Shown: piece after piece, positions 9,870 through 18,833 of the stretch | Layout of the letters: each line of letters begins with the position of its first letter | Position numbering within the stretch: position 1 is the stretch's first letter | Source of the DNA: Acidobacteriota bacterium | Lineage (GTDB): Bacteria > Acidobacteriota > Vicinamibacteria > Vicinamibacterales > JAKQTR01 | Direction: 5' to 3' | Assembly (NCBI GenBank): GCA_026393755.1 | Contig: JAPKZO010000032.1 | Coordinates: 151,342-215,341 of the forward strand | Length of the DNA: 64,000 nucleotides | Position numbers and translations under genes: made by a program | Notes under the pieces: model-generated | Told to the model about the DNA's origin: nothing | The model's database searches: none | What the model saw: only the letters and a program-made list of their open reading frames with translations

Positions 9870-10625
9870 ATGAGTCCGCCTTCTTCACCGTACGCCACGT
9901 ATAGTTTCGGACCCGGCAGGCTGACGCCAGCGGTCAAGGCGCTGATCCTCGCCAACGTGGCGGGATATCTGGCGACGCTGATGGCGCCGTCGTTGACGCT
10001 GTCGCTGGGACTGATCCCGGCGATGGTCGTCGAACGCCTCTGGTTCTGGCAGCCCGTCACCTACATGTTCCAGCACGGAGGGCTGTTCCATCTGCTCTTC
10101 AACATGCTGGCGCTGTGGATGTTTGGCGTCGAACTGGAACGCCTGTGGGGCACGCGCTTCTTCACGACGTACTACGCGGTCGCCGGGATCGGCGCCGCCC
10201 TTACGACGATACTCGCGTCGTTGCTGCCGTTCGGATTTGCCGAAGCGCTGTATGTGTCGGTGACCGTGGGGGCGTCAGGTGCGATCTACGGCCTGCTGCT
10301 CGCGTATGCGCTGACCTATCCGAATCGCCCGATCTACCTCTACATGGTGTTTCCGATCCCGGCGAAGGTGTTCGTGCTCATCATCGGGGTCATTTCGTTC
10401 CTGTCGTCGATCAGCGGATCGCAGTCGGGCGTGGCGCATGCGACGCATCTCGGCGGGATTGCCGCCGGTTATTTCTACCTGGTGTGGCGGCGAGGCACGG
10501 TGGGATCGCAGGTGCGCTCGCAGCTCCTGCGCTGGCGGTTGAACAGGCTGCGAAAGCGCTTCGAGGTGCACGACGGCGGGCGCCGGTCCGACAGGGGCCC
10601 TGGCCCGGACCGCTGGGTGCACTAA
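9870..10625 (+). CDS. rhomboid family intramembrane serine protease
   Basis: Contains GASGAIYGLL (catalytic Ser) and HLGG (catalytic His) motifs plus HLLFNM. ATG at 9870 preceded by GGAG. Confidence 0.85.
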   Translation: MSPPSSPYATYSFGPGRLTPAVKALILANVAGYLATLMAPSLTLSLGLIPAMVVERLWFWQPVTYMFQHGGLFHLLFNMLALWMFGVELERLWGTRFFTTYYAVAGIGAALTTILASLLPFGFAEALYVSVTVGASGAIYGLLLAYALTYPNRPIYLYMVFPIPAKVFVLIIGVISFLSSISGSQSGVAHATHLGGIAAGYFYLVWRRGTVGSQVRSQLLRWRLNRLRKRFEVHDGGRRSDRGPGPDRWVH

Positions 10626-10657
10626 GCGAAGCTGGGGTCAGACCGCGACGTCGCTCC

Positions 10658-11449
10658 CTACAGCGTGCCCCGGACGTAGCCGCCGTCGACGAGCATCGTG
10701 GATCCGGTGATGTAGCTGCCGCGCTCGGACGCCAGGAACACGACGACGCTGGCAAACTCCGCAGGCTCGGCCATACGGCCGAGCGGAATGTTCGAGACCG
10801 CCCGACGCTCAACCGCCTCGGCCGTCACGCCTTCGCGCCGCGCGGTGGCTTCGGCCAATTCAATCACGCGGTCGGTCCGCGTGTAGCCTGGCGCCACGCA
10901 ATTCACCAGGATGCCATCACGCGCCAGTTCGTTGGCCAGCGTCTTCGACAGCCCCGCCACGGCCGGTCGCAGCGCGTTCGACAGGACGAGTCCAGGCACG
11001 GGTTGTTTCGACGAGATCGACGTGACGTTGATGATGCGCCCGCCGCCGCGTTGTTTCATGTGTGGCACAGCGGCATGGCAGAGATGCACGACGCTCATCA
11101 GTACTTCGTCGATCGCCTCTCGCCAGTCGGCCTCGCAGAGCGCATTGAACAGCCCGGGCTTCGGTCCGCCAGAGTTGGTCACGAGAATGTCCAGGCCGCC
11201 GAAGTGCTGGACGGTCTGCTGGACCAGGCGTTCGACGTCCGCGCGGCGCGATAGATCAGCCGCAACGGCAAAGACGTCGCCACCGGTCGCACCGGCGACC
11301 TCCGCAGCAGCCGCCTCGAGTGTCGGCATGTGCCGCGCGCACATGGCAACGCGCGCGCCTTCCGCGGCGAGCGCCAGCGCCGCCGCCTTGCCCAATCCCT
11401 TGCTGGCCGCGCAGACCAGCGCAATCTTCCCGTTGAGCCCAGTATCCAT
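10658..11449 (-). CDS. SDR family oxidoreductase with atypical active-site motif
   Basis: Start at MDTGLNGKIALVCAASKGLGKA (Rossmann G-rich motif). Aligned by eye to FabG, the YxxxK position reads SNALR (Tyr->Ser, Lys->Arg). Confidence 0.85.
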   Translation of the reverse strand: MDTGLNGKIALVCAASKGLGKAAALALAAEGARVAMCARHMPTLEAAAAEVAGATGGDVFAVAADLSRRADVERLVQQTVQHFGGLDILVTNSGGPKPGLFNALCEADWREAIDEVLMSVVHLCHAAVPHMKQRGGGRIINVTSISSKQPVPGLVLSNALRPAVAGLSKTLANELARDGILVNCVAPGYTRTDRVIELAEATARREGVTAEAVERRAVSNIPLGRMAEPAEFASVVVFLASERGSYITGSTMLVDGGYVRGTL

Positions 11450-11552
11450 AACGTTGCCTCGTCTGCTTGGTTCCCGCATCCCCGCCTGTTTCTTCTTGGT
11501 TCGAGGAGCCGTTTCGGAATCCGCCACCCGCCGGCACGGGCGCCCGCGCCGC

Positions 11553-11915
11553 CTACCGCCCGAAATAATCATCCGTCTTGTCCAGCCAGTCCTGCCGAAT
11601 CGGGCTGAACACGTCCACTTCGAAGGTCTCCTCGATCGCCTCGGCCGCGTGCGGGACCCGCGACGGAATGTGCAGCACCTCGTCGGCTCGTACGATCGTC
11701 TCCTCGCCGTTGATGATGAACCGCAGCGCGCCTCGCAGAATGTAGGTCAACTGCTCGGATTCGTGTTCGTGCCGCGGGACGACGGCCCCCTTCTTCAGGT
11801 AGATCTGGGCCAGCATTTCGCGCTCGCCCGTGACGATCTTGCGAGAGATCATCTCGGTGACCTTCTCGAGCGCAATCTCGTCCCACCGGTAGTGCTTCAC
11901 ACCTGGATGCGCCAT
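11553..11915 (-). CDS. cupin domain protein
   Basis: 120 aa with the cupin motif GAVVPRHEHESEQLTYILRG ... HIPSRVPHAAEA. Confidence 0.8.
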   Translation of the reverse strand: MAHPGVKHYRWDEIALEKVTEMISRKIVTGEREMLAQIYLKKGAVVPRHEHESEQLTYILRGALRFIINGEETIVRADEVLHIPSRVPHAAEAIEETFEVDVFSPIRQDWLDKTDDYFGR

Positions 11916-12031
11916 GGACGCGCCGCTCCTTCCTCCCGAGAACTGTCCGTCGCGCCCGCCCGCCCGCAGGCGTCTGGATCGGGCGGCAGCGCAATCACCG
12001 TGGAGGCGCGATTATAGCACCGGGATCCGGA

Positions 12032-12040
12032 TGGTATAAT
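12032..12040 (+). promoter_or_regulatory. candidate extended -10 promoter (TGgTATAAT) for the E1 dehydrogenase gene
   Basis: Perfect TATAAT at 12035-12040 with TG at 12032-12033, in a 209-bp divergent intergenic region. The -35 is weak (TTATAG). Confidence 0.35.
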
Positions 12041-12124
12041 TCCCGCATCCGCAATGAATCCCGCAACGCCGACGTCGAGAGCCCGCGAGGATTTTGAATC
12101 GGGCTGGCTCCCACGCGAGGACCA

Positions 12125-14260
12125 ATGATCGAAACGACGACCCCTGTGGTGGCCGCGGCCGCACCCGGCCAGGCGGATCCCGCGTTCGGCCCCGAGGCGC
12201 TGCGCCAGGCGTACCGCACGATGTACCTGTCGCGGAAGGTCGACGACAAGGAAATCCAGCTCAAGAACCAGAGTCAGATCTTCTTCCAGATCAGCGGCGC
12301 GGGGCACGAGGCCGTGCTCGTCGCGGCCGGGATGTGCCTGAAGCCGTCACACGACTGGTTCTTCCCGTACTATCGCGACCGCGCGCTCTGTCTGATGCTG
12401 GGAGTCTCGCCGTATGACATGTTCCTGCAGGCGGTCGGAGCAGCGGACGATCCGGCGTCAGCGGGCCGCCAGATGCCGTCTCACTGGGGCAGCGCGAGGC
12501 TGAATATTGTCTCGCAAGGCAGCGCCACAGGCTCACAGTGCCTCCACGCCGTCGGGTGCGCGCAGGCAGGCCTGCTGCTGGGAACCCTGCCCGGCATCGA
12601 CGACCGCGAACGCTACTTCAGGTCCGACGAGGTCGCCTACGTATCCGTGGGCGACGGCACCACAAGTGAAGGCGAATTCTGGGAGTCGCTGAACTCGGCG
12701 TGCACGCTGCGCCTCCCGGTCGTCTATCTCGTCGAGGACAACGGCTGGGCCATATCGGTGCCGGTCGAAGTTCAGACGCCGGGAGGCAGCATCTCCCGGC
12801 TCGTCAGCGCCTTTCCTGACCTGCTGGTCGAAACCGTGGACGGCACCGATTTCGTTGAAAGCTACCGGACGCTGTCACGGGCGGTCGTCTACGCCCGCGA
12901 GCGCCGCGGTCCGGCGCTGGTCCACGCATCGGTCATCAGGCCGTATTCGCACTCGCTGTCAGACGATGAGCGCTTGTACAAGACGCCGGCGGAGCGCGAG
13001 CAGGAAGCGCTGCGCGATCCGGTGAAAAAGATGGCCGCCCGGCTCCTCACACAGGGCATTGTGTCAGAACAGGAACTCGAGGCGATCCACGGCGAAGTGG
13101 AGCGCGAAGTGAACGATGCCGCCAAGCGGGCGCTGGCCGCCGCGAAGCCGGCCCGCGAGACCGCCGCGCTGTGGGTGTTTTCCCCGACTGTGGACCCGGC
13201 GTCCGACATATTTGCAGGGCCAGTCGAACCGGAGGGCAAGCCGGACACGATGGTGGCGGCGATCAACCGGACACTCAAGGACGAGCTGACGCGCAATCCA
13301 AGGATCGTGGTGTTCGGCGAAGACGTCGCGGATTGCAGTCGACCGGCCAGCCTCGAAGAAGTTCAGGGCAAGGGCGGCGTCTTCAAAGTGACGCACGGCC
13401 TCCAGCGGATCTTTGGCGCCGATCGAGTATTCAATTCGCCGCTCGCCGAGGCGAACATCATCGGTCGCGCGGTGGGAATGAGCCTGCGCGGACTCAAGCC
13501 GGTCGTCGAAATCCAGTTCTTTGACTACATCTGGCCGGCGATGCAGCAACTGCGCGACGAGATGGCGATGATGCGCTACCGGTCTGGCAACACGTGGTCG
13601 TGCCCGATGGTGGTACGCGTGCCGATCGGGGGTTACCTGCGCGGCGGCGCGCCGTACCACAGCCAATCGGGCGAGGCCATCTTCGCGCACTCGCCGGGCA
13701 TCCGCATCGTTTACCCGTCGAACGCGCAGGACGCGGCCGGCCTGCTTCGCACCGCAATACGGTGCGAAGACCCGGTGCTGTTCCTCGAGCACAAACACCT
13801 GTACCGGCAGACGTACAACAAGGGCGAGTACCTCGGGCGCGAGCATATGGTTCCGTTCGGCAGGGCGGCGGTCAGACGCGACGGATCGGATGTGGTCGTC
13901 TTCACGTGGGGTGCACTCGTGCAGCGCTCGCTGCTGGCGGCTCAGCAGGCCGAGCAGAACGGTGTCAGCGTGGCGGTGGTCGATCTCCGGACGCTGGTGC
14001 CCTGCGATTGGGAGACGATCGGCGCCTGGGTCGCGCGGACCAGCCGCGTGGTGGTCGCGCACGAAGAACAGCTCACGTGTGGATTCGGCGCCGAGATCGC
14101 TGCCCGCATCGGACAGGATCATTTCCAGCACCTCGACGCCCCCGTCCGGCGCGTCGCGTCGCTCGACACGCCGGTCGCCTACTGCCCCGATCTCGAAGAG
14201 GCTATTCTTCCCAACGCGGCGGCCGTGCTCGAGGCGGTTCTCGAGACGGCCCGATACTGA
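12125..14260 (+). CDS. 2-oxoacid dehydrogenase E1 component, fused alpha/beta subunits (TPP-dependent)
   Basis: 711 aa. The N-half has the E1-alpha TPP motif ([20 protein letters not shown]). The C-half is E1-beta/transketolase-like ([44 protein letters not shown]). Confidence 0.88.
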   Translation: MIETTTPVVAAAAPGQADPAFGPEALRQAYRTMYLSRKVDDKEIQLKNQSQIFFQISGAGHEAVLVAAGMCLKPSHDWFFPYYRDRALCLMLGVSPYDMFLQAVGAADDPASAGRQMPSHWGSARLNIVSQGSATGSQCLHAVGCAQAGLLLGTLPGIDDRERYFRSDEVAYVSVGDGTTSEGEFWESLNSACTLRLPVVYLVEDNGWAISVPVEVQTPGGSISRLVSAFPDLLVETVDGTDFVESYRTLSRAVVYARERRGPALVHASVIRPYSHSLSDDERLYKTPAEREQEALRDPVKKMAARLLTQGIVSEQELEAIHGEVEREVNDAAKRALAAAKPARETAALWVFSPTVDPASDIFAGPVEPEGKPDTMVAAINRTLKDELTRNPRIVVFGEDVADCSRPASLEEVQGKGGVFKVTHGLQRIFGADRVFNSPLAEANIIGRAVGMSLRGLKPVVEIQFFDYIWPAMQQLRDEMAMMRYRSGNTWSCPMVVRVPIGGYLRGGAPYHSQSGEAIFAHSPGIRIVYPSNAQDAAGLLRTAIRCEDPVLFLEHKHLYRQTYNKGEYLGREHMVPFGRAAVRRDGSDVVVFTWGALVQRSLLAAQQAEQNGVSVAVVDLRTLVPCDWETIGAWVARTSRVVVAHEEQLTCGFGAEIAARIGQDHFQHLDAPVRRVASLDTPVAYCPDLEEAILPNAAAVLEAVLETARY

Positions 14261-14277
14261 CGGCTGACGCCCCTGCC

Positions 14278-15267
14278 CTACTCCTCGGCCGGCGGATCCG
14301 ACGCCGCCTGCCGGCGCGTCCCCCGGCGGGTGACGATCACACCGGCAAGAATCGCTGCGGCGCCTCCGACATTCGACATCGTAATCGGCTCGCCGAGGAA
14401 GATCGCCGCCACCGTCATGGCGACCAGCGGCGTCACGTTTGAATACACCGATGTCCGGATGTTGCCGATCCGCTGCACGGACGTGTACCAGATCAGATAG
14501 GCCACGTTCAGGGCCAGGACCGACGAGAACACGACGGCGGCCCATGCCCAGATGGGGACCCGGCTGATATCCAGCCGAAGCAGCCCCGGGAGCGCAGCCG
14601 GAACATAGAGCACCGTGCCGATGGTCATCGTCAGCCCGGTGACGATAAGCGGCGAGAACCTCTCGAGCAGTGATCGGGAACCAACCGTATAGACCGCCCA
14701 GCACACAACCGCACCGAGCGTCAGGAAGTCCCCGGCGAGCGACGCACCGCCGAAATGGGCTCCGGTGCCGACCACCAGGTAGATGCCGACCACGGACAAC
14801 GCGGCGCCCGCACCCTGGACGCGCGAGATCTTCTCGTGGCCGGCGAGTGCACTGGCAAGGGCGACGGCAACCGGCGAACACCCGAGGATCAGAGAACTGT
14901 TCGAGGCCGTGGTCCTGGCGAGACCGTCCATGAAGCAGAGCTGGTAGACGAAATGCCCCGCGAAGCCGAAGAAGGCAACCCGCAGCCAGTCCTTCCGGGA
15001 CAGCGACGGCCACCCTGTTGCGACAATCGCCGCGAGGAACAGCGTCGACGCGACAACGAGGCGGAGCGCGTTGAACGACTGCGGGGGGATTTCGACCAGC
15101 GCCGCTTTGACCAGACTGAAATTCCCGCCCCAGATGAGGACCATCAGGAGCAGCAGGCCGTCAAACGGCGTCAGCGTAAACCAGCGGCGCACTATGGGAC
15201 CACCGACTCGGTCTCGACCGACGGGGCGGGCCGGCCAACGCCGACCCGCCGCCAGACAGAACGACAA
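14278..15267 (-). CDS. DMT superfamily (EamA-like) transporter
   Basis: 10 predicted TM helices in two EamA-like halves (LIWGGNFSLVKAAL...). The start is uncertain: the listed start is TTG. Confidence 0.8.
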   Translation of the reverse strand: MSFCLAAGRRWPARPVGRDRVGGPIVRRWFTLTPFDGLLLLMVLIWGGNFSLVKAALVEIPPQSFNALRLVVASTLFLAAIVATGWPSLSRKDWLRVAFFGFAGHFVYQLCFMDGLARTTASNSSLILGCSPVAVALASALAGHEKISRVQGAGAALSVVGIYLVVGTGAHFGGASLAGDFLTLGAVVCWAVYTVGSRSLLERFSPLIVTGLTMTIGTVLYVPAALPGLLRLDISRVPIWAWAAVVFSSVLALNVAYLIWYTSVQRIGNIRTSVYSNVTPLVAMTVAAIFLGEPITMSNVGGAAAILAGVIVTRRGTRRQAASDPPAEE

Positions 15268-15281
15268 CGTCGCGACAGAAC

Positions 15282-15629
15282 TCAGGCGCCGAACGGCTTC
15301 AGGAAGAACAGAATCAGCGAGACCAGCAGCACGTAGATCACGAGAGACTCGATCAGGACGAGGCCCAGGATCAGGTTGCCGCGGATATCGTTGGTCGCCG
15401 CGGGGTTGCGGGCGATCGCCTCGACGGCCGCACTGATGCCCTTACCCTGCGCCAGGGCGCCAACCGCAGCGGCGAACGCCAGTGCAAATCCCGCGGTGAT
15501 GATTGACCAGCGCGCCACCTCAACGGCTCTGGACGGGGTCGCCGCCCCAGCCTCCTGCGCGTAAAGCGGGCTCGCCGCGCCCAACGCGACCACACACAAC
15601 AGCAGAACGAGAGCAAATCGCTTCTTCAC
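15282..15629 (-). CDS. atpE: F-type ATP synthase subunit c with N-terminal signal-like extension
   Basis: The C-terminal 75 aa align to c subunits (AQGKGISAAVEAIARNPAATNDIRGNLILGLVLIESLVIYVLLVSLILFF). The GTG start at 15629 lies 8 nt after GGAGG. Confidence 0.88.
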   Translation of the reverse strand: MKKRFALVLLLCVVALGAASPLYAQEAGAATPSRAVEVARWSIITAGFALAFAAAVGALAQGKGISAAVEAIARNPAATNDIRGNLILGLVLIESLVIYVLLVSLILFFLKPFGA

Positions 15630-15666
15630 AACCACAGCCTCCTCAGTAGCTACCAGGGGTTCGCCT

Positions 15667-16476
15667 TCAGGCCGCCACGCGTTCCGCGTGGTGGGCCGCC
15701 TCGTGTCCATGGGCTTCGTCATGTCCGTGCTCGGCCCCCACCGCGCCCCCAAGGTAGATCATCGTCAGCATGACGAAGATGATGGCCTGGAGCACGGCTG
15801 TGATGATGGCCAGAGGCATCATCAGGAAGGGCACCACAAACGGCGCGATGCTGAACAGAATCAGAATAACCAGTTCCTCGCCGAAGATATTGCCGAAAAG
15901 CCGGAGCGACAGCGACAGCACCCTCGAGAAATGGCTGATGATCTCGATGGGCAGCCAGACGACCGACAGCGACCAGTGTGCGCCTGGCGGCACCGCGAAG
16001 TGCTTGAGGTACGACACGATGCCCTGGGCCCTGATGCCCTGGGCGTGATAGTACACCCAGACCGTCACCGCGCACCCGAGCGTCACGTTGATGCTGCTGG
16101 TCGGCGCCATGAGCCCGGGAATGAGCCCCATCAGGTTGCCGAACAGGACGAAGATCCCGATCGTGCCCACCAGGGTCAGGTACGTGCGGCCTGTCGGCCC
16201 CACCATTTCGTCGAGCATCCCGGCCAGACCACCGACGACGTCTTCGAAGACGATCTGGAGCTTGCCTGGGTTCTCGACGCTCAACCTGGACTTGATGACC
16301 AGGGCCAGAATCGCCACTCCGAGCACGATCAGATACACCATCACGATGTAATTCGGGATGGGCTCGGCGGGATTCTGCGCGTGAAACCCCAGCAGGGCCA
16401 GTAGTCCGTTCACCAATGGCCCAAAGACGGCGTTGGCCGCTTGGACGATCCAGAGAGTGTGTTCGAGTCTTTCCAT
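15667..16476 (-). CDS. atpB: F-type ATP synthase subunit a
   Basis: MERLEHT start. Conserved LSLRLFGNIFGEE (essential Arg) and the usual helix pattern. His-rich C-terminal tail. Confidence 0.9.
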   Translation of the reverse strand: MERLEHTLWIVQAANAVFGPLVNGLLALLGFHAQNPAEPIPNYIVMVYLIVLGVAILALVIKSRLSVENPGKLQIVFEDVVGGLAGMLDEMVGPTGRTYLTLVGTIGIFVLFGNLMGLIPGLMAPTSSINVTLGCAVTVWVYYHAQGIRAQGIVSYLKHFAVPPGAHWSLSVVWLPIEIISHFSRVLSLSLRLFGNIFGEELVILILFSIAPFVVPFLMMPLAIITAVLQAIIFVMLTMIYLGGAVGAEHGHDEAHGHEAAHHAERVAA

Positions 16477-16487
16477 ATAAAGGTTTA

Positions 16488-16516
16488 AGGATATCGCATG
16501 CTTCCGCGCCAGTAAA
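16488..16516 (-). promoter_or_regulatory. candidate sigma70-type promoter immediately upstream of atpB (would give a near-leaderless mRNA)
   Basis: Minus strand reads TTTACT-N17-TATCCT, then 11 nt to the ATG. It is an AT-rich patch with no SD before the ATG. Confidence 0.3.
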
Positions 16517-16602
16517 GCTCGTGCCAGCAATCGGCGGGGCGGCGGCCGGCTGGCACGGGGCCCGCGGTGGCGCTATACTCGAACCACAGAGGTGCACCAC
16601 CC

Positions 16603-17382
16603 ATGACATCCTCGCGCCGGCTGACGTACGGACTCGTCGTCTTGCTCGTGCTCGCGGCTGCCTTGCCCGCGAGCGCTGGCGAAGTGTTGTTCTCGATTCG
16701 AGACGGGCGGGTGACGCTCGTCGCGCACAACGCGCTCATCAGCGACATTCTGGCGGTGTGGGAAAAGGAAGGCCGCACGAAGATCGTGGCACGGGAGCGG
16801 GTGCCTGGCATGGTCACCTCCCTTGAGATCGACAACGAACCTGAGTCGGCCGCACTGGCGACGATCTTGCGCCAGGTCACCGGCTACATCGCGGCCAAAC
16901 GCGAGGTGGCCCCGGCCGATGCCTCCATCTATCGCTGCATCGTCATCAACCCTGTCCCGGCGCCGGTGTTGGCGACGAAGACCGCGCCGAGTGGGCGGGC
17001 GATGGCATCTCCGACGCCATCGATTGGGTACCCACCGCAATCGATGGGCGGAGACTACGGCGCGAACCCGCCGACGTTTGTCCCGGCGACAGACGACGGT
17101 GATTACAGCAGCGGCGGGGCGGGACGGCTGCCGATGGCGCCAGGCATGCGTCCTCCCACATTGGCCTCGCCCGCTGGGAGCATCGGGCAACCGCCGTTCA
17201 ATCCGTACGGGGGAACGATGACGCCGCCAGAGACGCAGCGCCCCACCCAGCCGGCGCTGACGCCCACCTTCCCCGGCCTCGGCACCGGGCTGCCAGGAAC
17301 CGTCGTTCCCGCGCCCCGACCTCCGGGCACGCCGGGGCAGCCGGTGCAGAAACCGCCCGGTTCGCCGGATCGGAAACTCTAG
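16603..17382 (+). CDS. secreted protein with a small N-terminal globular domain and Pro-rich tail
   Basis: Signal peptide MTSSRRLTYGLVVLLVLAAALPASAGE. GC3-rich codons. The C-terminal 150 aa is P/G/T-rich. SD GAGGTG lies 9 nt upstream. Confidence 0.6.
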   Translation: MTSSRRLTYGLVVLLVLAAALPASAGEVLFSIRDGRVTLVAHNALISDILAVWEKEGRTKIVARERVPGMVTSLEIDNEPESAALATILRQVTGYIAAKREVAPADASIYRCIVINPVPAPVLATKTAPSGRAMASPTPSIGYPPQSMGGDYGANPPTFVPATDDGDYSSGGAGRLPMAPGMRPPTLASPAGSIGQPPFNPYGGTMTPPETQRPTQPALTPTFPGLGTGLPGTVVPAPRPPGTPGQPVQKPPGSPDRKL

Positions 17383-18833
17383 AACTGGAAGTAGATGAAC
17401 TTCGATCCTTCGAAGTTCCCGAAGAGCACGATCAGGTAGACGAGCAGCCCGACGACGACCCAGCGCACCGGTCCCGGCCACCGGAACACCACGCCGAGGT
17501 TGTCGGCCTTCCATTCCGCAGCCTGAAGCGCCATCAACGGCGCCGCATATGCGAGCAGCGGCCATCCCAGTTTTGCGAGTACGGCGCCGCTGGGATCGAA
17601 GCCAGTGAAGATCACCCGCGTCATCGAGACGACTTGTGTCACCGAGGACGCACGGAAGATCAGCCATCCGTAGCAGGTGAGGCCGAACATGCCTGCGATA
17701 CCCAGTCCTGTCAGGATCGGGCGCGCTTGGCGCCGCCGCGTTCGTCGTCCGCTTGTTGCCAGCTTGAAGGCCACGAGCAGCACGCCTTGGTAAGCACCCC
17801 ACAGGACGAAGGTCCACGCCGCGCCATGCCAGAGGCCTCCGAGCAGCATCGTGATCATGGTGGCGAACGCGTAGATCCAGACGTCGTCTCGCAGGCCGAA
17901 CCAGTTGACGCCGTCAAGACGCCTGGAAAACGCATAGCTCAAGGGGAGAAACAGGTAGTCGCGCAGCCAGGCGGACAGACTCATGTGCCAGTTGGCCCAG
18001 AATTCCTGGGGCGTCCTGACGAAGTACGGGAAGCGGAAGTTGAGATTGAGCTCGATCCCCATCAGTTTCGACGTGCCGATGGCGATGTCGGAGTATCCCG
18101 AGAAGTCGCCGTAGATCTGAAACGCGAACGCCAGCACCGCGAGCACGACCTCGAGTCCGCCCGGGTTCGCGGACCCGGCAAACGTCGCATTGACGAGCGG
18201 AGCCAGATTGTCGGCCACGAACATCTTCTTGAAGAACCCGTAGAGGATGAGCCACAGGCCCTCCGCCACCTGGGTCGACGTGACGATTCGCGGCTTCGAG
18301 ATCTGGGTCAACAGCAGCGACGCCCGCAGGATGGGACCGGCCACCAGGTGCGGAAAGTACGCGACGAACACGCCAAACTCGACAAAGTCGCGTGCGGGCT
18401 CGATGGTGCGCCGGTACACGTCGATCACGTAACTCATCGTGATGAACGTGTAGAACGAGATCCCGATGGGCAGGAGCACGCGAAGCGTGAAGAAATCCAC
18501 CCGGAACCCGAAGACGCCGACGAGCGCGTGCAGGTTCTCGGCGAAGAAGTTGAAGTACTTGAAGAAGCCCAGCATCGAGAGATTGAAGGCCAGGCTCAGG
18601 ATGAGGGCGGCCTTCCGCTGCCGCGGAACCTGGCGGGCGGCGATATAGCGCCCGCAGAAGAAGTCGACAACCGTCGATGCGAGCAGCAGCCCCAGGAATC
18701 GCCAGTCCCATGACGCGTAGAAGTAGTAGCTCGCGGCCAGCAGCAGCCAGTTCTGTCCGCGGTGCGGCAGGTGCCGGTACAGCGCGTAGACCGCCACGAA
18801 GAAGACGATGAAGTGGACCGAGTTGAAGACCAT
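17379..18833 (-). CDS. MBOAT family O-acyltransferase (AlgI/PatA/DltB-like)
   Basis: MVFNSVHFIVFFVAVYALY..., WNWHMSLSAWLRDYLFLPL and GGLWHGAAWTFVLWG motifs with the conserved His residues. Confidence 0.9.
   Translation of the reverse strand: MVFNSVHFIVFFVAVYALYRHLPHRGQNWLLLAASYYFYASWDWRFLGLLLASTVVDFFCGRYIAARQVPRQRKAALILSLAFNLSMLGFFKYFNFFAENLHALVGVFGFRVDFFTLRVLLPIGISFYTFITMSYVIDVYRRTIEPARDFVEFGVFVAYFPHLVAGPILRASLLLTQISKPRIVTSTQVAEGLWLILYGFFKKMFVADNLAPLVNATFAGSANPGGLEVVLAVLAFAFQIYGDFSGYSDIAIGTSKLMGIELNLNFRFPYFVRTPQEFWANWHMSLSAWLRDYLFLPLSYAFSRRLDGVNWFGLRDDVWIYAFATMITMLLGGLWHGAAWTFVLWGAYQGVLLVAFKLATSGRRTRRRQARPILTGLGIAGMFGLTCYGWLIFRASSVTQVVSMTRVIFTGFDPSGAVLAKLGWPLLAYAAPLMALQAAEWKADNLGVVFRWPGPVRWVVVGLLVYLIVLFGNFEGSKFIYFQF

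Noticed and set aside
13064-15013. 649-aa minus-strand ORF spanning the E1 dehydrogenase and the EamA gene
   Set aside because: It is antisense to a strongly recognisable E1 beta half and crosses a convergent gene junction. Its composition is Arg/Gly/Pro noise with no motif.
16512-16528. Sigma-54-like element CTGGCACGAGCTTTACT upstream of atpB
   Set aside because: The -24 half (TGGCACG) matches, but the invariant GC of the -12 element is AC here. The overlapping sigma70-like hexamers explain the region at least as well.
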